Positions 8,217-13,911 of a DNA stretch of 13,911 nucleotides are shown piece after piece (the stretch's first letter is position 1; every line of letters begins with the position of its first letter). A program made the translations under genes and the position numbers. The DNA is from Chthoniobacteraceae bacterium (GTDB taxonomy: Bacteria > Verrucomicrobiota > Verrucomicrobiia > Chthoniobacterales > Chthoniobacteraceae): positions 1-13,911 of the forward strand of contig JBEBGD010000128.1 of assembly GCA_040081625.1 (NCBI GenBank), read 5' to 3'. The notes beneath the pieces are model-generated. The model saw nothing but the letters and a program-made list of their open reading frames with translations, made no database searches and was not told the origin of the DNA.

Positions 8217-10289
8217 ATGGACCAAGACCCGCACAACCCGGCGCCTGGAGTGATCCCCGGCTCACTGAGCCTGAAGCTCTACCGCATCCGCACGCTCGTC
8301 CGCCGATACTGGTGGGTGCTCCTGCTCACGATTTCGGCCGGCCTCGGCCTCGAATCCTGGATCGTCTTCGACAAACCCGATCTCTACTCGTCGTCGAGCG
8401 ACTTGATCGTCCGCGAAGAACTCGAGACCGAGCTTTCCAAGCGCTACTCGGACTCCTACGGAGCCTTGATCGGCAATACGCTCAAGATGCTCGAGAGCCC
8501 CGACGTGTTCGAAGCCGCGCGGCGCCGCATCGAACTCGAATCGCCGCAACTCGGCGGCGAGGTCGCCGTCACCGCCAGCGTCGCGCCGCGCACCTCCATC
8601 TTCACCGTCGCCGGCACCGGCACGAACCCCGAATACACGCGGCGCTACGTCGATGCCGTCATTGCCGAGTTCATCGTCCAATACAAAGGCCTGCGGCAGG
8701 ACACCGCCACCGAATCGAAGACCGACTTCAGCGTGCAGGTCGAGAAAATCCGCCAGCTCCTCGCCAGCGAGACCACGCAGCTCAACGACTTCATCAAGGC
8801 CAACAACATGGAGTTCTGGATCCAGCAGCGCGACGAGGCGTCGAACTTCCTCGCCTCGCTACGCAACCGCCAGAACAACCTCACCGCCGAGCGCGTGCGC
8901 CTCCAGAACCTCAGCCCCGACCAGCTCCTCAGCACCGCCTCGCAGCCGAAGCAGATCGGCAATTCCCAGGCCGCCGGCGCCCAGACGAGCAACGAGACCT
9001 CCAGCTTCTCGACCGAACTCATCAGCCAATACCTCACCACCATCCAGGAGCTCAACCAGAAGCAGGCGCAGATCGAGGAACGCAGCCGCGTCTGGAAGCC
9101 GAAGCACCCGCGCATGCAGAGTCTTCAATCCGAGGCCGATCTGCTCAACCGCACCCTCGATGGCATCCGCTCCCAGACCATCAGCCTGAGCAAGGCGCGC
9201 ATCGCCGCCATCGACGCCGAACTCAAGAGCCTCGATGAAAGCATCGGCGTGTGGACCGACAAGGCCAAGGCCGCCAGCGAGAAGGACGGCGAATTCCGCA
9301 TCCTCACCGAGTCGGTCAAGCGCCTGCAGACGCAGGAGGACAAGCTGCTCGACAGCATCACCAAGCTCGACATCACCACCGACACAAACCTGCTCAAGGT
9401 CATCCGCAAGGCGAGCATCGCCGAGCCTGTGCCGAAGAGCACCGCGAAAAACCTGATCATGGGTGTCGTCGGCGGCCTCGTCATCGGGGGGATGATTCTC
9501 TTCTTCCTCGACCGGCACGACGACCGCCTCACCAGCTCGACCGAAATCCTCGACCACTTCTCCGAGCCGATCCTCGGGCAGATCCCCGATGTCCGCAGCT
9601 CGCGCACCGCGACCGGCCTGCCATTGCTCGAGGCCGAGGACGAACGCTACACCTACGCCGAGGCCTTCCGCAGCCTGCGCTCCTCGCTCATCTTCATGCC
9701 GAACCAGGCCGAGATGAAGGCGATCCTCCTCACCAGCGCCATCCCGAACGAAGGCAAGTCCACCCTCGCCAGCAATCTCGCCATTACCATGGCCAACGGC
9801 GGTGCCCGCGTGTTGCTCGTCGATGCCGACCTGCGTCGCGGCGACCTCGCCACGATCTTCGACATCGATGGAAAGCGCGGCCTCTCCGATATCCTGCGCG
9901 GGCAGGTCCCGTGGCGCGAATGTGTCATCGAGAGTCGCTTCCAGAACCTGAGCATCATCCCGCGCGGCCCAGTCACCAACCAGTCCGGCGAACTGCTCCT
10001 GCGGCCGACCTTCGATCCCATGTTCGAGGCGATGAAAGCCGAATACGACCTCGTCATCTTCAACAGCGCCCCGATCCTCGCCACCGACGACACGCCCACG
10101 CTCGCTCCGCATTTCGACGGCGTGCTCATGATCATCCGCGCGCAGTTCACCTCCTCGAAGCTCACACTCAACGCACTCGGCGCGCTCTATCAGCGCCAGG
10201 TCAATGTGCTCGGCCTCGTCCTCAACTGCGTCGATACCGAGACCCCGGACTACTACTACTACCGGTATCCGAAATACTATGCTGCGTAG
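8217..10289 (+). CDS. wzc: Wzc/GumC-like polysaccharide copolymerase with BY-kinase domain
   Basis: Two TM helices flank a coiled-coil periplasmic region that includes KPKHPRM. The kinase domain has AEAFRSLRSSL, Walker A SAIPNEGKST, Walker A' LLVDADLRR and a variant Walker B VIFNSAP. The C-terminal tyrosine cluster is DYYYYRYPKYYAA (7 Tyr). Confidence 0.92.
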   Translation: MDQDPHNPAPGVIPGSLSLKLYRIRTLVRRYWWVLLLTISAGLGLESWIVFDKPDLYSSSSDLIVREELETELSKRYSDSYGALIGNTLKMLESPDVFEAARRRIELESPQLGGEVAVTASVAPRTSIFTVAGTGTNPEYTRRYVDAVIAEFIVQYKGLRQDTATESKTDFSVQVEKIRQLLASETTQLNDFIKANNMEFWIQQRDEASNFLASLRNRQNNLTAERVRLQNLSPDQLLSTASQPKQIGNSQAAGAQTSNETSSFSTELISQYLTTIQELNQKQAQIEERSRVWKPKHPRMQSLQSEADLLNRTLDGIRSQTISLSKARIAAIDAELKSLDESIGVWTDKAKAASEKDGEFRILTESVKRLQTQEDKLLDSITKLDITTDTNLLKVIRKASIAEPVPKSTAKNLIMGVVGGLVIGGMILFFLDRHDDRLTSSTEILDHFSEPILGQIPDVRSSRTATGLPLLEAEDERYTYAEAFRSLRSSLIFMPNQAEMKAILLTSAIPNEGKSTLASNLAITMANGGARVLLVDADLRRGDLATIFDIDGKRGLSDILRGQVPWRECVIESRFQNLSIIPRGPVTNQSGELLLRPTFDPMFEAMKAEYDLVIFNSAPILATDDTPTLAPHFDGVLMIIRAQFTSSKLTLNALGALYQRQVNVLGLVLNCVDTETPDYYYYRYPKYYAA

Positions 10290-10304
10290 AGTGGACTGAG
10301 GCGT

Positions 10305-10325
10305 GTGTGCCCTTTAGTGTGCCCT
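10305..10325. repeat. 9-bp direct repeat GTGTGCCCT x2 (12-bp period)
   Basis: Copies at 10305-10313 and 10317-10325, separated by TTA. Confidence 0.8.
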
Positions 10326-10352
10326 GGATGGCGGGGCGGGCGGGGCGAGGAG

Positions 10353-10357
10353 GGAGG
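10353..10357 (+). promoter_or_regulatory. Shine-Dalgarno GGAGG for ORF 10364
   Basis: GGAGG ends 6 nt upstream of ATG 10364. Confidence 0.6.
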
Positions 10358-10363
10358 TTCTGA

Positions 10364-10780
10364 ATGGATGGGCAGACGGCTTTTATTGATTGTCTCGAGT
10401 TGGAGGGCGCTTGCTGGCGGCGCTGGTTTTTGGTGCGATCGAGGGTGTTGCTCGCTTCGGTCGAGTGGAGTTGGTCTCGCGATGCGGCGCTGGCTGAGCG
10501 GATGCCGATGCCGACTTGTGAGGCGTTCAAGGCGGCGCCGGAGACGCTGCCGATGCTGCCGACCGAGCCGCCGCTGTTTCCGTTCCTGGTGCGCATCTTT
10601 CATGGCTCGCCGATGGTTGATTTGCCGGACCTTCCGCCGCTGACGCCTTCGCCGGATGTGTTGTCGGAACGCCGCCGCCGGCATCGCGACGTGGCGGCAG
10701 GAGTGGAGGCGGGCGCGCGGGTGAGCGGTGGTGAGTGCTACGAGCGGACTTGCAAACTTTTGGGGGAGAAAGCGGACTGA
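10364..10780 (+). CDS. Hypothetical protein (138 aa)
   Basis: Strong SD upstream, and the stop overlaps the next start (TGATG at 10778-10782). No family recognised; Pro-rich middle. Confidence 0.55.
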   Translation: MDGQTAFIDCLELEGACWRRWFLVRSRVLLASVEWSWSRDAALAERMPMPTCEAFKAAPETLPMLPTEPPLFPFLVRIFHGSPMVDLPDLPPLTPSPDVLSERRRRHRDVAAGVEAGARVSGGECYERTCKLLGEKAD

Positions 10781-11331
10781 TGAGCGACTCGGCGGCTGGC
10801 GAGATCCTGCAATATGAGCGCGCAGTGACCGAGGCGCTTCGGCGCATGGCGCGGCGGACGCATTATGAGCCCGCGTCGGTGGATACGCCGCTGTCGGCGC
10901 TCGTCGAAGGCGAGGATGGGATGCTCGATGAGTGGGGGATTCGGAATGAGACGATCCGGAAGTTTTTCGAGTATCTGACGGCGGACGGGCCGGAGCCCTG
11001 GCAGATCATGCGCCGCCTTTATGCAGCGGGCTCGCACATGATGCAGCGGCCGTTTTGCGACCTGAATCTGCGGGAGAAGTCGCTGATGTTCGGCGACTCG
11101 CATGGCGCGCAGCACTGGCGGATGAAGCGGATGGTGATCGATCCGCTGATGCGCAACGGGGCGCGATCGATCAAGGCGCCGGGGATGAAGAGTGGCCGTG
11201 CGGCCGAGGCGGCGGCGGTGGCGGCGACGGGGAATAACAACCGCGCGGGCGGGCATGCTTTCAAGAATGGAGCCAGCGGCACCGTTGCCGCTGGCCGCAA
11301 ACGCAAACCGAAAACCAAGACCAAGCACTGA
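10780..11331 (+). CDS. Hypothetical protein (183 aa), possible degenerate helix-turn-helix, basic C-terminus
   Basis: ATG 10780 is coupled to the upstream TGA, and the stop is coupled to the next ATG (TGATG 11329-11333). It contains the HTH-like segment LNLREKSLMFGDSHGAQHWRMKR. Confidence 0.7.
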   Translation: MSDSAAGEILQYERAVTEALRRMARRTHYEPASVDTPLSALVEGEDGMLDEWGIRNETIRKFFEYLTADGPEPWQIMRRLYAAGSHMMQRPFCDLNLREKSLMFGDSHGAQHWRMKRMVIDPLMRNGARSIKAPGMKSGRAAEAAAVAATGNNNRAGGHAFKNGASGTVAAGRKRKPKTKTKH

Positions 11332-11348
11332 TGAAAACCAAGACCAAG
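11310..11348 (+). repeat. 16-bp direct repeat GAAAACCAAGACCAAG x2 flanking a stop/start junction
   Basis: Copies at 11310-11325 and 11333-11348, separated by CACTGAT. Confidence 0.9.
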
Positions 11349-13700
11349 ACCCCTGCCGCCCCGGAGACTTCCGGTGAAGCCCAACCTGCCACGACGGCCG
11401 CGTCCAGCGATGCGGCTGTCGTGTCGCGACCGCCAGCGCCGGCGATCGAGACGGTGAAGATCGCGCTCGCGCGGCTCGTGCCGTCGCCGACGAATCCGCG
11501 GAAGAAGTTCAACGCGGAGAAGCAGGCGGAACTCGAGGCCTCGATGCGGGCGAACGGGTTCTCGCTCTCGACGCTGCTCGTGCGCCCGATCGCAGAGGAG
11601 TTCGTCTGCGAGCCGCACCAGGATGGCGCGAGCTGGTGCGTGCTGCGGAAGCTCGGCGCGTCCGCCTTCGAGGCGGTGTGCGAGTATGACTCGGAGGCGA
11701 AGGCGCGGGCGGAGCTGGAGCGGCTGCGCGGGCGCTACGAGGTGGTCGCGGGCGAGCGGAGGCTGCGGGCGGCGCTGGCGGTGGGCGTGGTGGAGGCGCC
11801 GTGCATCGTGCGGGCGATGACTGATGAGGAAGTGCTGCGCTTCCAGCTCATCGAGAACATCCAGCGCGACGACCTGACGGCGATCGAGGAGGCGCAGGGC
11901 TTCCGGCGGCTGCTGCTGCTGCGCGACGAGGCGGGCGCGCCGATGCACACGACGGCGACGCTGGCGACGGCGACGGGGAAGAGCGTGCGGCACATCGAGC
12001 GGTCGGTGAAGCTGTGCGTCTTCTCGGAAGATCCCGCGCTCGCGGAATTCGCGAAGGCGCTCGACGAGGGTTTCGTGTCGGCGATGCACGGCCGGCTGGT
12101 GGCGAGGTTGGCTGATCCGAAGCAGCGGGCGATGTTTGCGAAGGAAATCCTCGCGCCGAAATATGAGGAGGCACCGCTCTCGAAGCGGCAGGCGGAGCAA
12201 TTGCTCCAGCGGGACTACATGGTGGATACGAGAAGCGCGACGTTCGACCTGGATGACGAGACGGTCGTGCCCGTGGAGCTGGATGAACTCGGCGCGCGGC
12301 TGGCTGGCGGCAAGTGCAGGGACTGTCCGCATCTTTTCGCGAATGCAAAGCACCTGATGGAATCGGCTCCGGAGGGCCGGGGCGGCGTGGACTCGATGTG
12401 CCTGAATCCTTCGTGCTTTGGCCGGAAGCAGGCTGCGGAATGGGCGCAGTGGCAGGAGCGGAACACCGACCCGGCGAAGAAGCGGCGGGCGCTCGACCAG
12501 GGCGAGTGCCGGAAGTTCTACCAATACGGGGATCAGCTCGTGTGGGGCTGCGGGCACGTGGATCTCGCGCAGCATCCGGACACGAACGATCTCAAGCCCG
12601 GCGCGAAGTCGCCGGGGACGTGGCGGTCGCTGGTGAAGGGCAGCGAGATCGAGGTGGTGGTCGTGCGGGACCGGAACGGAAAGCAGCACGAGCTGGTGTC
12701 GCGCGAACTAGCGATCACCGCGGCGATCGAGAGTGGCGAGAAGTGCTTCAAGGTGCCGGCGAAGGGCGGCAGTGCGTCCACCGCCGCGCGCGGTGGCGAG
12801 GGTGCAGGCGAGTTGCCGATCGGCGCGCTGAGCACGGAGGCGCGCGACAAACTCGCGAAGGCGGCGCAGGCGGATTTCGAGCGCGAGCAGATGCAGGATG
12901 AGATCGAGCGCCGGCTCGGGCGCGAGCTGGCGGGCGAGATCGCGGGGAAGGCCGCCAAGCCGCCGGCCGGCTGGTGGCTGTTTGTGCTGCGGCATTGGGA
13001 GGAGATCTACGTCGATGATGTGATCGCCGAACTGTGCGAGCGGCGCGGGTGGAAGCGGGATGATGCGGATGCGCAGCTCGTGAAGCTGACCGATGCGCAG
13101 AACTTCGGCGTGTTCGTGGAGGTGGCGTTCCTGTGCGTGGCGCAAACCCCGCGCTCGCGGAAGGAGCTGCTCGAAATGTTCGCGGTGGATGAGCGCGAGG
13201 TCGAGAAGCGCGTGCGCGAAGTGGTGAAGGTCGAGCGGGCGGCGAAGGCTGCGGAGGAGGAATTGCGGGACTCGATGGTGTGGCAGTCCCTCGGTGAGCG
13301 GGAAGATGCCGCGAAGCCTGGCGACTTCGAGTTCAACGAGCACAGTGTTTGCGTCGATCCGATGAAGTGCGTGATCCGGCTGCCGAAGATCGCGAAGAAG
13401 GCGCGGTGCGAGGTGAGTGTCGCCCGCAGCGTAAAAGGCTGGCATGTCGGAATCGACGTGTCGACGGGCGGCTCGCCGATGCCGGTCGCCGGGCGCGGTT
13501 CTCCGGTGAAGAAAGTGGATGCGGCCTACAGTTCGCGGACGCTGGCGCTGAGGACCGGGCTGCTCGAGGTGCGTGAATTCTTCAAGAGCAGCAAGGCGCC
13601 GGCTGCGGTGCTCGAGCACCTGAGCGCGCTGGTGAAGCTGGTGGAGACGGAAGCACCGGCGACGGCGGTGAAGAAGAATGGGAAGGGCTCGAAGAAGTGA
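11331..13700 (+). CDS. Large ParB/RepB/Spo0J-family protein (mobile-element type) with Cys4 motif
   Basis: ParB box I region LVPSPTNPRKKF, arginine patch YEVVAGERRLRAA, LIENIQRDDLTAIEEAQGF and HTH TTATLATATGKSVRHIERSVKL. A CRDC-x24-CLNPSC motif follows, then a long unassigned C-terminal region. Confidence 0.88.
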   Translation: MKTKTKTPAAPETSGEAQPATTAASSDAAVVSRPPAPAIETVKIALARLVPSPTNPRKKFNAEKQAELEASMRANGFSLSTLLVRPIAEEFVCEPHQDGASWCVLRKLGASAFEAVCEYDSEAKARAELERLRGRYEVVAGERRLRAALAVGVVEAPCIVRAMTDEEVLRFQLIENIQRDDLTAIEEAQGFRRLLLLRDEAGAPMHTTATLATATGKSVRHIERSVKLCVFSEDPALAEFAKALDEGFVSAMHGRLVARLADPKQRAMFAKEILAPKYEEAPLSKRQAEQLLQRDYMVDTRSATFDLDDETVVPVELDELGARLAGGKCRDCPHLFANAKHLMESAPEGRGGVDSMCLNPSCFGRKQAAEWAQWQERNTDPAKKRRALDQGECRKFYQYGDQLVWGCGHVDLAQHPDTNDLKPGAKSPGTWRSLVKGSEIEVVVVRDRNGKQHELVSRELAITAAIESGEKCFKVPAKGGSASTAARGGEGAGELPIGALSTEARDKLAKAAQADFEREQMQDEIERRLGRELAGEIAGKAAKPPAGWWLFVLRHWEEIYVDDVIAELCERRGWKRDDADAQLVKLTDAQNFGVFVEVAFLCVAQTPRSRKELLEMFAVDEREVEKRVREVVKVERAAKAAEEELRDSMVWQSLGEREDAAKPGDFEFNEHSVCVDPMKCVIRLPKIAKKARCEVSVARSVKGWHVGIDVSTGGSPMPVAGRGSPVKKVDAAYSSRTLALRTGLLEVREFFKSSKAPAAVLEHLSALVKLVETEAPATAVKKNGKGSKK

Positions 13701-13911
13701 ACGAGACGCCCGTCAAACTCGACCGCGATCCGAACGATCAGTGGGCACAAGTGGAACTCTACCGCTGGCAACACGGGCACCTGCCCGGCGAGCAGGGCAC
13801 CGTCGAACGACCGCTCGATGTGTCCGCCGGTCTGCGAGGAATGGCGGATGCAATCGAACTCGGCTGCCGCGAGGAGAAATCCGAAATCATGCCTTCGCCG
13901 TCGAATGTGTG
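13697..13911 (+). CDS. Hypothetical protein, 3' truncated by window (not in ORF track)
   Basis: GTG at 13697 overlaps the ParB-like TGA (GTGA). The frame is open to the window end: MNETPVKLDRDPNDQWAQVELYRWQHGHLPGEQGTVERPLDVSAGLRGMADAIELGCREEKSEIMPSPSNV. Confidence 0.65.
   Translation, partial: MNETPVKLDRDPNDQWAQVELYRWQHGHLPGEQGTVERPLDVSAGLRGMADAIELGCREEKSEIMPSPSNV

Larger units (their letters stand above)
10290..13911 (+). mobile_element. Probable edge of a prophage/ICE-like integrated element (continues beyond window)
   Basis: Abrupt C-rich to G-rich strand-composition flip right after the wzc stop. A short direct-repeat pair follows, then four overlapping same-strand genes (three hypothetical and one long ParB-family gene without an adjacent parA). 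No integrase or att duplication is visible in the window. Confidence 0.55.

Noticed and set aside
10248..10262. (TAC)n run as a phase-variable microsatellite
   Set aside because: It is an in-frame Tyr codon run explained by the Wzc tyrosine cluster, and is too short.
1..13911. CRISPR array, tRNA/rRNA, IS element or integrase
   Set aside because: No regularly spaced repeats, cloverleaf-like sequence, transposase or recombinase motifs seen. Intergenic gaps are short.

Overview
High-GC bacterial window. The gene content and the ATPxP- and DGK-rich linkers suggest Verrucomicrobiota (Chthoniobacterales-like); this is inference, not a database result. There are three blocks. (1) 1-2779: the 3' end of a BatE-like TPR/SH3 gene, a coupled DUF3108-like secreted protein, a perfect bidirectional terminator, and a convergent secreted protein with two probable discoidin-like domains and an unusual DGK/Pro-rich tail. 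(2) 3048-10289: a membrane-anchored Ser/Thr kinase-fold/coiled-coil/FGE-like protein lacking all canonical catalytic residues. It is followed by an outer-membrane beta-barrel, a short non-lipoprotein OPX (Wza-like) and a Wzc-like copolymerase whose Walker B Asp is Asn. No glycosyltransferase, flippase or polymerase genes lie in the window. (3) From about 10290 the + strand flips abruptly from C-rich to G-rich. A chain of four translationally coupled phage/ICE-like genes begins, including a 789-aa ParB-family protein with a 49-aa insertion and a Cys4 motif. The most interesting signals are the 'double dead-kinase' export module and the apparent element edge directly at the wzc stop codon.
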